In this document: positions 38,033 through 47,042 of the stretch, in pieces
How the letters are laid out: each line of letters opens with the position of its first letter
Position numbering within the stretch: the stretch's first letter is position 1
NCBI GenBank assembly: GCA_017445585.1
Contig: JAFSTX010000065.1
Coordinates: 48,128-112,127 of the forward strand
Direction of reading: 5' to 3'
Origin: Lachnospiraceae bacterium
Lineage (GTDB): Bacteria; Bacillota; Clostridia; Lachnospirales; Lachnospiraceae
Length of the DNA stretch: 64,000 bases
Made by a program: the position numbers and the translations under genes
Notes under the pieces: model-generated
What the model was told of the DNA's origin: nothing
Databases searched by the model: none
Seen by the model: only the letters and a program-made list of their open reading frames with translations

Positions 38033-40123
38033 TCAGTCTTCGTCGTCCATAGCCTTGCGGGCTGCGATCTCCTTTTCCTGAATATCGGCGGGAGCCTGCT
38101 CGTAACGGGCGAATTCATAAGAGAACTCACCGATACCGCCGGTCATGGAGCGAAGATCCGTGTTGTATCCGAAGAGCTCGGACATAGGTACTTCGGCTTC
38201 CACAATCTGATTCCCCTTGTGGTCGGGATTCATGCCGAGCACACGGCCGCGGCGTTTGTTAAGATCACCCATAATGTCACCGGTAAACTTATCCGGTACT
38301 CTGACCTTAAGAGAGGCAATCGGCTCAAGCAGTATGGGCTTTGAGGCAGGGTCTGCAAAGGCAGCCTTTACAGCCAGATGAGCGGCAAGCTTGAATGCCA
38401 TTTCAGAAGAATCAACAGGATGATAGGAACCGAATACGAGGTCCGCTTTCAGGCCTACGATGGGATAACCGGCCAGCGGTCCCTTCGGTATCATCTCCTG
38501 GATACCCTTCTCGACGGCAGGGAAGAAGTTCTTAGGTACTACGCCGCCTACGATATGCTCTTCGAAGACGTAAGGAACTTCAAGATCGCCCGTGGGTTCG
38601 AACTCGATGGTGACGTCACCGTACTGACCATGTCCGCCGGACTGCTTTTTGTGCTTGCCCTGTACACGGACCTTGCCGCGGATAGTCTCACGGAATGCCA
38701 CTCTGGGCTTCTCCAGAGTGACCTCTACCTTGTAGCGGTTCAGAAGCTTGCTGACCGTGATATCCAGCTGCTGATCACCGATACCGTAGAGCAGGAGCTG
38801 GCGGTTTTCCTTATCGTTAACAGATTTAAGAGTCAGATCCTCTTCCATCAGCTTTGAGAGTGCACCGGCGATCTTGTCGTCGTCGCCTTTGTTGACTGCG
38901 CGGTAAGCCATGGAGGTGTAAGGTTTGGAAATATCAAGAGCGGGATACAGGATGGGAGTGTCCTTGGCAGCAAGACTGTCGCCCGTAGTGGTGACAGTAA
39001 GCTTGGAGATGGCGCCGATATCGCCAGCGCGAAGCTCGGGGACCTCGATAGCCTCCTTGCCGCGGAGGACATACAGCTTGCCGACCTTCTCGTCGGTATC
39101 CTTGGTGACATTAAGCATCGTAGAGTCGCCCTTAAGAGTGCCTGAGCAGACCTTTACGAAAGAGTACTTGCCGATGAAAGGATCCACGAGAGTCTTGAAC
39201 ACTCTGGCGCTTACAGCCTTTGAGGCATCGTAATCTGCTTCAAAAGCGGAATCATCCCTGGTGTTCGTACCGCTGATCTTAGTCTCATTGGGGGCGGGGA
39301 AATACTTCATAAGGACTTCCATAAGTCTCAGACCGCCGTTGCCATTGATACCGGTACCGCAGACCACGGGTACGAGCTCTCCGGCATGGATGCTGACAGA
39401 GAGTGCGCTCCTGATCTCTTCGAGCGTAAAGCTCTCACCCTCAAAGAAGCGCTCCATAAGCTCCTCATCTGTCTCGGCTACTGCCTCCATCAAAGTATTG
39501 CGGAGCTTGTCGAACTCATCCTTGAGTGCATCGGGTATAGGGCACTCAGTGACGTTGCTCTTTTCGGTATATTTGTAGCCTTTCTCCTGAACTACGTTAA
39601 CGTAACCTATGAATTTATCGTTCTCGCGGATGGGCAGCTGGAAAGGAGCGATCTTACCGTGATAGAGCTCCTCAAGAGTATCCACGACGCCGTCGTAGTC
39701 CGCGTTCTGATCGTCCATGTTCGTGACAAAGAATATACGGGGAAGTCCGAATCTCTCGCAGAGCTGCCAGGCCTTCTGGGTACCTACTTCAACTCCGGCC
39801 TTGGCGTTTACTACGATCACGGCCGCTTCCGCAGCGGTCAGAGCCTCCTCGACCTCGCCTACGAAATCAAAGTATCCGGGAGTGTCCAGGAAATTGTACT
39901 TGATGCCGTTGGCTTCGATGGGGACTATCGTGGTGGACAGTGAGAACTGGCGCTTGATCTCCTCTTTGTCAAAGTCGCTGATAGTGTTGCCGTCTGTGAC
40001 CTTGCCCATGCGGCTGATCACGCCGGTAATATATGCCAGAGACTCGACGAGTGTGGTCTTGCCGCAGCCGCCATGTCCGAGGACCGCAACGTTACGGATA
40101 TTCTTTGTCTCATAAACATTCAT
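38033..40123 (-). CDS. Elongation factor G paralogue (EF-G-II-like translational GTPase)
   Basis: Start at MNVYETKNIRNVAVLGHGGCGKTTL. Has G motifs DTPG and NMDD, and all five EF-G-like domains by length (696 aa). The P-loop GHGGCGKT differs from the canonical EF-G AHIDAGKT. Confidence 0.8.
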   Translation of the reverse strand: MNVYETKNIRNVAVLGHGGCGKTTLVESLAYITGVISRMGKVTDGNTISDFDKEEIKRQFSLSTTIVPIEANGIKYNFLDTPGYFDFVGEVEEALTAAEAAVIVVNAKAGVEVGTQKAWQLCERFGLPRIFFVTNMDDQNADYDGVVDTLEELYHGKIAPFQLPIRENDKFIGYVNVVQEKGYKYTEKSNVTECPIPDALKDEFDKLRNTLMEAVAETDEELMERFFEGESFTLEEIRSALSVSIHAGELVPVVCGTGINGNGGLRLMEVLMKYFPAPNETKISGTNTRDDSAFEADYDASKAVSARVFKTLVDPFIGKYSFVKVCSGTLKGDSTMLNVTKDTDEKVGKLYVLRGKEAIEVPELRAGDIGAISKLTVTTTGDSLAAKDTPILYPALDISKPYTSMAYRAVNKGDDDKIAGALSKLMEEDLTLKSVNDKENRQLLLYGIGDQQLDITVSKLLNRYKVEVTLEKPRVAFRETIRGKVRVQGKHKKQSGGHGQYGDVTIEFEPTGDLEVPYVFEEHIVGGVVPKNFFPAVEKGIQEMIPKGPLAGYPIVGLKADLVFGSYHPVDSSEMAFKLAAHLAVKAAFADPASKPILLEPIASLKVRVPDKFTGDIMGDLNKRRGRVLGMNPDHKGNQIVEAEVPMSELFGYNTDLRSMTGGIGEFSYEFARYEQAPADIQEKEIAARKAMDDED

Positions 40124-40199
40124 AGATATTTCCTCCTTATCGGAACCGCGGACGGCCCCGTTTATTTGCATGTGCGCGTTCAGCGCAGTTACTCAAAGT

Positions 40200-40228
40200 A
40201 TTTTACTAAAAACGCATCTGATATGCAA
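40200..40228 (-). promoter_or_regulatory. Candidate sigma-A promoter of the EF-G paralogue
   Basis: Minus strand has TTGCAT (40228-40223), a 17-nt spacer, then TAAAAT (40205-40200). AAGGAGGAAA SD lies before the ATG. Confidence 0.55.
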
Positions 40229-40243
40229 GTAAATTGTTGGATT

Positions 40244-41812
40244 TCAGCCGTCATTTTCACCATTTTTTTCAGGACCGCCACCGTCTGTGTCCTGATCGCC
40301 GCCGTCACTCTCTCCGGCCTGGCCGTTCTGAGTGTCTTTTGAGTTGTCTGCCGGCTCAGTGGCAGCTTCAGTGGGCTTGGGCTTGACGCCGACATGGACC
40401 TTGGCCTGCGACGGCATATAGTAATCGCTGTGAACCACCTCCCGCGAGTACTCCGCACCGTCCACGTATACGACCTTTTCAAGTCTCGACCATATCTCGT
40501 CATGCGTGGCGCCTTCCGTTTTTCTCTCACCGACAAAAAGCTCCTTATCTTCGATGACGATATCCTCCGATACGACACGTTTTTCCTCTATGGCTTCAAA
40601 GCTGACTTTTCTGTTCGCGGGGCGATACTCTTCACCGTAGATCCTGAAGAAGACCTCATAGCCGTCAGTCTCACCGTAGATATATATAGGGTATTCGAGA
40701 TTGTTCGTGAATACCATATCCTTGGAACCGACGGCGATGGCTGCATCCTCCGAAGGCAGCACATAAGAGACGTTCATCGAGTGATTATATCTCTTGTCTA
40801 TCTGGATCTCAGCGCGGAGCAGGGCATTGTAGAGAGTCGTCGATACCTGGCAGACACCTCCTCCCACTGCATCCTCGATCTGTCCGTTCACGTACTGACC
40901 GCCCATCGCATAGCCGTTCTCCACATTGCGCTCCTTCATGGCATCGCTGGCTGAAAGGCTCTCACCCGGCATCAGCAGAGTCCCGTTCAGATATGCAGTA
41001 GCGACCTCCACATTAATGCAGCGGTCTGTGCGTCCGTTCTCGGGTTTTCTGTATCTGGTGGAAAAGGATCCCAGGCGGTCCTTAACGTGCGAGAGGATCT
41101 CGGAAGTGATCTCCGGAAAGACCGTTTTGATGATGACCGAAGCGGTAAGGCTCTCGCCTTCTCCCATCTCGTGGAACCGGTCCATAATGATTCCCGCGGT
41201 ACTGTCGATATCGGCTTTTCTGCCTACTCTGCCGTCCGTGATTTTAAAGCCGTTGTCTGTATATTCTATAGCCGCGTTCACGGGAGCCTGATCAAACACG
41301 GCTGAGATGTTGGTTCTGATGAACTCGACTACTTTATCACGGTCCAGAGATTTGCTCAGATCAATATGATAAGTCCCCAGAGCGAGATCTCTGGAGGTCT
41401 TGTAGCGCTGCGTGATTCCTCCGCCTCCGGCAAGGGTGATCGCGCGGTTTATAGCTCTGTTTACGCCCCAGGCAGCTCCCAGATCGTTCAGGGTGGTATT
41501 TACCGTCTGCTGCTCCCAGTAGATCCTGACAGTCTGATTCTCCGGCATGGAATACACAGTCTCAAGCCTGCTGCGCGCAGCCTCCTTTGTAAGACCTCCG
41601 ACATATTCGGTCCCGATATATATTCCCTCGGCTATCCTGACGTCATCGGCATATCCGTCAGTGTCTGTCCGTGCCGTAAAATCTACAGGTACGGGGGCAT
41701 CCTTTCCGGACAGGGCAACGCACAAAACCAGAATAAGCACTGCTGCTATCCCGGCGATGATCAGGTGTTTCTTTTCTATTCTAAAGCCGATTTTGCTTTT
41801 GCCTTTTTTCAT
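40244..41812 (-). CDS. VanW-family protein (membrane-anchored, extracytoplasmic)
   Basis: N-terminal TM (LIIAGIAAVLILVLCVAL), VanW core GGGVCQVSTTLYNALLRAEI...R.NHS, and a low-complexity acidic/Gly tail. Confidence 0.85.
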   Translation of the reverse strand: MKKGKSKIGFRIEKKHLIIAGIAAVLILVLCVALSGKDAPVPVDFTARTDTDGYADDVRIAEGIYIGTEYVGGLTKEAARSRLETVYSMPENQTVRIYWEQQTVNTTLNDLGAAWGVNRAINRAITLAGGGGITQRYKTSRDLALGTYHIDLSKSLDRDKVVEFIRTNISAVFDQAPVNAAIEYTDNGFKITDGRVGRKADIDSTAGIIMDRFHEMGEGESLTASVIIKTVFPEITSEILSHVKDRLGSFSTRYRKPENGRTDRCINVEVATAYLNGTLLMPGESLSASDAMKERNVENGYAMGGQYVNGQIEDAVGGGVCQVSTTLYNALLRAEIQIDKRYNHSMNVSYVLPSEDAAIAVGSKDMVFTNNLEYPIYIYGETDGYEVFFRIYGEEYRPANRKVSFEAIEEKRVVSEDIVIEDKELFVGERKTEGATHDEIWSRLEKVVYVDGAEYSREVVHSDYYMPSQAKVHVGVKPKPTEAATEPADNSKDTQNGQAGESDGGDQDTDGGGPEKNGENDG

Positions 41813-41924
41813 AACAGATAGATATTATAATCCGCCCCAAAGGTTTTATCCACAGGTTTTTGAGTCTTATTAAATGCAGATAGTTATATTTCGTCTTAAG
41901 CAGCCGAAAGCATGTAATCGTCCG

Positions 41925-43970
41925 TCACAGACTCAAATGATCAAGACTGTCCGACATATATGAATCCAGTTTTCTCTCCAGCAGAGGAAAGCTTCCTTTG
42001 TGCGCAAGCACATAGTCGGCTGCTTCGGCAGCCTCTGAAAGTATCCTGCTGTCGGTAAAGATATCACCCAGTGCAAAGCTCAGCGCCCCGCTCTGGCGCA
42101 GCCCGAAGATATCTCCTGGGCCTCTGAGTTTCAGATCCTCTCCGGCTATATAGAATCCGTCGTTTGAGTGATTCAGCACATCCAGCCGCTGCTGCTTCTC
42201 GGGATCTCCGGATCCGTTGATAAAAATGCAGTATGACTGACTGCTGCCACGCCCGACACGTCCGCGCAGCTGATGGAGCTGTGCGAGTCCGAAGCGTTCG
42301 GCGTCCTCTATCATCATAACGGTGGCGTTTGGCACGTCCACTCCGACTTCAATCACAGTCGTCGATACCAGGACCTGTATTCTGTTCACCAGGAACTCCT
42401 CCATGATCAGATTCTTCTCGGCAGCTTTCATCCTTCCGTGAAGGTACTCCACGCGAATATAGGGAGGCAGCGCCTCGCGCAGCTTGTCCGTGTAGTCTAC
42501 CACGTTCTCCCCTTCGTCCTCCTCACCTTCTTCGACCTTGGGGCAGATCACATAGGCCTGATGGCCGAGACGCACCTGATCCCGGATAAAGTCATACGCC
42601 CGGGCACGGTAGTTTTGCCCGACCACGCAGTTCTTTATAGGCAGCCTGTGAGCCGGGAGCTCATCTATGACCGAAATATCCAGGTCTCCGTAAAGGATTA
42701 TGGCCAGAGTCCTTGGGATGGGAGTAGCACTCATGACTATGACATGCGGAGCGCCGCCTTTATCCGACAGTGTATCCCTCTGTCTGACGCCGAAACGATG
42801 CTGCTCGTCAGTGACGACCAGCCCGAGCCTGTCATATGTCACACCCTTCTGGATCAGTGCATGCGTACCTACTATGATATCCGCACCGTGCGCGGCGATA
42901 TCTTCATACACGCTGCGTTTTTCTCCGGCGCTCATGCTTCCGGTAAGAAGGACGGCTCTGTAGGGAAGAGAGTATTCTCTGAGCATCCGCGAGATATTCT
43001 CGAAATGCTGCCTTGCCAGTACCTCTGTCGGAGCCATAAGTGCCCCCTGATATCCGTTCTGAGCCGCGGAGATCAGAGACAGGATAGCCACTATCGTCTT
43101 ACCGGAACCCACATCTCCCTGGATCAGGCGGTTCATGAGCAGTGGACCGGACGTATCGCGTCTGATATCATCAAGGACTCTCCTCTGGGCACCGGTCAGT
43201 TCGTACGGAAGCGACTGTATAAGTCTGTCGGCGTCGGAATTATCCCTGATCACATATCCGTTTGCAGAAGCCTTATTCTCTGTCTTAAGCGCCCTTACTG
43301 CAAGTATGAACAGCAGAAACTCTTCAAATACCAGCCTTCTCCTGGCCGGAATAAGGCTTTCGTGATCCTTCGGGAAATGCATGCTTTTCAAGCATTCGAG
43401 CCTGTCGCCCAGCCCGTATTTGTCCCTGAGTATATCAGGGATGAAATCCTCATCAGGGACAAGATCAGTAAATGCATCTGCTATGGCAGTACGAAGCTTG
43501 CCCGTGGTAATCCCTTCGCTGAGCCTGTAGACGGGCCAAAGAGATCCTGCCATCCTGTCATACTCATCCGACGAGAAGACCATCGCCTGATCCATACTGT
43601 AGCCATAGCGGTTCCTGAGGAGTTTACCTCTGAAGACATACTGCTCTCCTTTATGGAGTCTGTTCCTGATATAAGGCATATGAAACCACGCCAGATTGAC
43701 CGGAATGCCATCTGCCGAGGCTGTAGCCGTGATAATAGAAAGTGATCCTTTTCTGCGAATCAGCGGGGAGGTGGCAAGTCTTGCGGAAAAAGCGATGACG
43801 TGTCCTGTAAGCTCCGGAACGACATTTACCGGAAAAGAATAATTATCATAGCGAAGGGGCAGATGCATAAGAAGATCTCCTATGCTCTCTACCCCTGCTT
43901 TTCTCAGAGCCTGCGAGGATTTTTCACCTATCCCCTTCAGGCTTGTTATACTGTCTGATTCCCTGTGCAT
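41925..43970 (-). CDS. recG: ATP-dependent DNA helicase RecG
   Basis: Wedge domain, helicase motifs GDVGSGKT, DEQHRFG, MSATPIPRT, QLHQLRGRVGRG. Confidence 0.93.
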   Translation of the reverse strand: MHRESDSITSLKGIGEKSSQALRKAGVESIGDLLMHLPLRYDNYSFPVNVVPELTGHVIAFSARLATSPLIRRKGSLSIITATASADGIPVNLAWFHMPYIRNRLHKGEQYVFRGKLLRNRYGYSMDQAMVFSSDEYDRMAGSLWPVYRLSEGITTGKLRTAIADAFTDLVPDEDFIPDILRDKYGLGDRLECLKSMHFPKDHESLIPARRRLVFEEFLLFILAVRALKTENKASANGYVIRDNSDADRLIQSLPYELTGAQRRVLDDIRRDTSGPLLMNRLIQGDVGSGKTIVAILSLISAAQNGYQGALMAPTEVLARQHFENISRMLREYSLPYRAVLLTGSMSAGEKRSVYEDIAAHGADIIVGTHALIQKGVTYDRLGLVVTDEQHRFGVRQRDTLSDKGGAPHVIVMSATPIPRTLAIILYGDLDISVIDELPAHRLPIKNCVVGQNYRARAYDFIRDQVRLGHQAYVICPKVEEGEEDEGENVVDYTDKLREALPPYIRVEYLHGRMKAAEKNLIMEEFLVNRIQVLVSTTVIEVGVDVPNATVMMIEDAERFGLAQLHQLRGRVGRGSSQSYCIFINGSGDPEKQQRLDVLNHSNDGFYIAGEDLKLRGPGDIFGLRQSGALSFALGDIFTDSRILSEAAEAADYVLAHKGSFPLLERKLDSYMSDSLDHLSL

Positions 43971-45664
43971 TACTCGACGGAAATGATGTAGTAATATACA
44001 GGCTGTTTACCGGAATTGACTTCAACGTCCATATCCGGGTAAGCTGCCTCGAGCTGGCAGCCAAGTCTCTCAGCTTCATCCTCTGTGATCATATCACCGA
44101 AATAAACACTGATGACCGAGCTGTCTTCATCAACCATCGCGGCGACGACCTGCTTTGCAACCTCCTCGATATCGTTACCCACTGCGAGCAAAGTCGAATG
44201 ATCACCGAGGCCCATGATGTCATTTTCGTGGATCTCCTTGCCGTCTATGGATGTATCTCTGACCGCATATGTGATCTGTCCGGTCCTGACTGCTGCGATA
44301 GCTTCAGTCATAGCTTCCAGATTCTCATCCGCGCTCATGCCCTCATCAAAGCTGATCATTGCAGTAATGCCCTGCGGCACTGTCTTAGTAGGGACGACCT
44401 TTACAGTCTTGTCTGAGACCAGATAAGTCGCCTGCTCGGCTGCAAGAATGATATTGGAATTGTTCGGAAGCACATAGACCACGTCGGCGTTCACGCCTTC
44501 GACGGCTTTAACTACGTCTTCCGCACTCGGATTCATGGTCTGTCCGCCCTCGATGATGCCGTCGGCCCCAAGATCAGTAAAGATGGCAGCAAGACCGCTT
44601 CCGGGTGCTACAGCCACAAAACCATAGGGCTTGTGAGGCTTGTTCACGGGAGTCTTTAAGGTGCTGGCTTCTGCAGCATTCTTTTGTTCCTTTGCGATTT
44701 TCGAAGCCTCGCGGATGAGCTTCTCTTCATGCTCCTCACGCATGTTGTCGATCTTCATCCTGGACAGGCTGCCATAAGATAGGCCCTTCTGTATGGCCAG
44801 TCCGGGATCATTCGTATGGACATGAACTTTGATGATATCGTCATCTGAAACGACCACAACGCAGTCTCCGATAGATTCGAGATACTGCTTGAAGCTGTAC
44901 TCTTCGAGTTCGTCATAAGGCTTTTCGACATTAACCAGAAACTCGGTACAGTAAAGGAAGGTAATATCGCCCATATCAGACGTCTCGGCAAAATCAAGCG
45001 CAGCTCCGCTGCCTTCGTGCTCTGCGATCTCATTTTCATCAAACTGTCCGGTCAGTGCCGCATATGCGCCCTTGACAAGCTGCATAAGTCCCTGTCCGCC
45101 GGAATCCACGACGCCGGCCTGCTTGAGCACGGGCAGAAGCTCCGGAGTATGCTCCAGAGTGACGTCACCGTGTTCGATAATGGCGGCTATAAAATCCTCC
45201 AGTGAAAGATCAGGATCGGAGGACAGCTCTTCTGCCTTTTCCGACATACCTCTTGCAACTGTAAGTATAGTGCCTTCACGCGGTTTCATGACTGCCTTAT
45301 ATGCGGTCTCTGTAGCCCTTTTCATGGCCGCCGAGATAGCAGCCTTGTCAAGCTCGGTATGCTCGGTCATCTCTTTGCAGAGGCCGCGAAAAAGCTGCGA
45401 CGTAATAACGCCGGAATTGCCTCTGGCTCCGCGGAGAGAGCCGGAAGAAATAGCTTTGGCCAGCGTCTCGAAGCTGACCTCCTCCAACGCCTGGATCTCC
45501 TTCACTGCAGAAAGAACTGTAAGGGTCATATTAGTACCGGTATCACCGTCAGGAACAGGAAATACGTTCAGATCGTTGATCCAGCTTTTGTTGCGTTCCA
45601 GATTAGAGGCAGCGGCAAGGAACATTGTCTTAACAGTTTGAGCATCAAGAATCATTGTAGACAT
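43970..45664 (-). CDS. yloV: DAK2-domain fusion protein YloV
   Basis: N-terminal Dak2 (DGDTGTNM, GARGNSG) plus the C-terminal DegV-like/YloV domain. TAATG overlap with recG. Confidence 0.9.
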   Translation of the reverse strand: MSTMILDAQTVKTMFLAAASNLERNKSWINDLNVFPVPDGDTGTNMTLTVLSAVKEIQALEEVSFETLAKAISSGSLRGARGNSGVITSQLFRGLCKEMTEHTELDKAAISAAMKRATETAYKAVMKPREGTILTVARGMSEKAEELSSDPDLSLEDFIAAIIEHGDVTLEHTPELLPVLKQAGVVDSGGQGLMQLVKGAYAALTGQFDENEIAEHEGSGAALDFAETSDMGDITFLYCTEFLVNVEKPYDELEEYSFKQYLESIGDCVVVVSDDDIIKVHVHTNDPGLAIQKGLSYGSLSRMKIDNMREEHEEKLIREASKIAKEQKNAAEASTLKTPVNKPHKPYGFVAVAPGSGLAAIFTDLGADGIIEGGQTMNPSAEDVVKAVEGVNADVVYVLPNNSNIILAAEQATYLVSDKTVKVVPTKTVPQGITAMISFDEGMSADENLEAMTEAIAAVRTGQITYAVRDTSIDGKEIHENDIMGLGDHSTLLAVGNDIEEVAKQVVAAMVDEDSSVISVYFGDMITEDEAERLGCQLEAAYPDMDVEVNSGKQPVYYYIISVE

Positions 45665-45678
45665 CAGGCTTCCTCCGC

Positions 45679-46035
45679 TTAATCTATGACCCTGATTCCC
45701 TCGACGAAAACGTCAACCTTGTCGACAGTAGCGCCGGTGAAATCCTGGACCTTGTATTTGACAGTTTCTATTAGATTATTGGATACAGCCTGAATGCTGA
45801 CGCCATATGCAACTACTACGTGAAATTCAAGAGATATCTTATCCTCTTCAACGGTAACCCTGATACCGTTTGCATAGTGGTCTTTTTTCAGTAGATTGAC
45901 TATACCGTCGCGCATATTAACGGAAGCCATCCCAACTATTCCGAAACACTCGACGGCAATGGTGCCGGCATAGGTAGCAATCACATCGCTGTCTACTACT
46001 ATGTCGCCCATTTTCGTACTCATACGATATTTCAT
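45679..46035 (-). CDS. Asp23/Gls24-family envelope stress protein
   Basis: Start MKYRMSTKMGDIVVDSDVIATYAG (AAGGAGG SD 7 nt upstream). Typical Asp23 pattern ...V.V.V..G..I..V...L...V...V...TG..V..V.V.V. Confidence 0.88.
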   Translation of the reverse strand: MKYRMSTKMGDIVVDSDVIATYAGTIAVECFGIVGMASVNMRDGIVNLLKKDHYANGIRVTVEEDKISLEFHVVVAYGVSIQAVSNNLIETVKYKVQDFTGATVDKVDVFVEGIRVID

Positions 46036-46074
46036 AGTACGCCTCCTTGTCATTTTTTGTGACATACGGAGGGT

Positions 46075-46103
46075 ATTATAATCTTTTTTATTCAGATTGT
46101 CAC
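46075..46103 (-). promoter_or_regulatory. Candidate promoter of the asp23-yloV-recG unit
   Basis: Minus strand has GTGACA (46103-46098), a 17-nt spacer, then TATAAT (46080-46075). It abuts the stop codon of the last pilus-locus gene. Confidence 0.5.
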
Positions 46104-47026
46104 TATTTTTTTATCCCTGGCAAAACACCCGCAGCGCACTTATCAAATGCCATCATACTCGTGCAATCAGTGAAACCGGTCTCCACTGAATAGTAATAAG
46201 GTTCATCTGAAAGGAAATCTTCGTCTGATACAACAGCCGAATTGACTTCCCGTATCATTTTTCTAAGATCCTCCACGGAAGCCGGCATCTCTTCGGGAAT
46301 CACTATAGCTTCATGGATCGATGAAGGAATTACAAAAAAACCATCCCCAACATATTCCTGTATCTGCTTTATGCATGAAGTAAATGTAACGTATGAAAAG
46401 CCGTATACACCCATCTCGGAAGTAATGAAAAGCGGAGTACTTTCCTTTCCCTCTTCGGGTTCGCCATTTATAGAACCTATTTTGAGAGGATAATTCCGAA
46501 GTGTAGTTTCCTCGGCTGCAGAAAAAAGTTCATCCGCATCCAGACCCCATGTTTCCATCAGTTCGTCCGAAACGGCGCATCCTGCAAAAGATCCGGAATT
46601 CCCCGGTTCGGTACATATTATGTACACTATCTGTGCCAGATCGCCTGCCGGCCTGCGATGAGGCAGTTTTTTCAAGATATCTTTATTACGCGTATGATTG
46701 ATCGTCTTTATTGTCAGCCTGTCTCTGACAGTATCCCAGACGTTTATGCCTGCGATAAGCTCAGGATCAGGCAAAGGCTCCTCGCGGATAACTCTGTCGA
46801 TCTCGCACAGAATCCTGTCCATTGAAGCTCCTCTCAGGTAGCACCAGAACATATCGTCCATGTCAAAAACAGGACTCACGAGACCTCTGACCACCTCCAT
46901 TCCGGTATAAGTCCTGTTTGGCTTCTCGACCTGTCTGATCATAGTTTCCAATGACCATCTGTCGGCTATATGCATCCGCACGGTTTCCATAAATTCGTTT
47001 TTGTTCATCCCGTTCATGTTCGTCAT
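46103..47026 (-). CDS. DUF5688-like hypothetical protein
   Basis: 307 aa. The C-terminal pattern FFVIPSSIHEAIVIPEE....E.L..MI.EVN...V..EDFLSDEPYYY resembles DUF5688 as I recall it. Not verified by search. Confidence 0.5.
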   Translation of the reverse strand: MTNMNGMNKNEFMETVRMHIADRWSLETMIRQVEKPNRTYTGMEVVRGLVSPVFDMDDMFWCYLRGASMDRILCEIDRVIREEPLPDPELIAGINVWDTVRDRLTIKTINHTRNKDILKKLPHRRPAGDLAQIVYIICTEPGNSGSFAGCAVSDELMETWGLDADELFSAAEETTLRNYPLKIGSINGEPEEGKESTPLFITSEMGVYGFSYVTFTSCIKQIQEYVGDGFFVIPSSIHEAIVIPEEMPASVEDLRKMIREVNSAVVSDEDFLSDEPYYYSVETGFTDCTSMMAFDKCAAGVLPGIKK

Positions 47027-47042
47027 CTCCGTTTTGCATTCT

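Noticed and set aside
42273-43745. Long plus-strand ORFs opposite well-supported minus-strand genes. Examples: 490 aa at 42273-43745, 297 aa at 2680-3573, 302 aa at 14286-15194, 296 aa at 56282-57172, 251 aa at 24943-25698, 241 aa at 32298-33023.
   Set aside because: They are antisense to genes with clear family motifs and have R/S/P/A/L-rich low-complexity composition typical of shadow ORFs in GC-rich DNA. They have no SD and no recognisable motifs.
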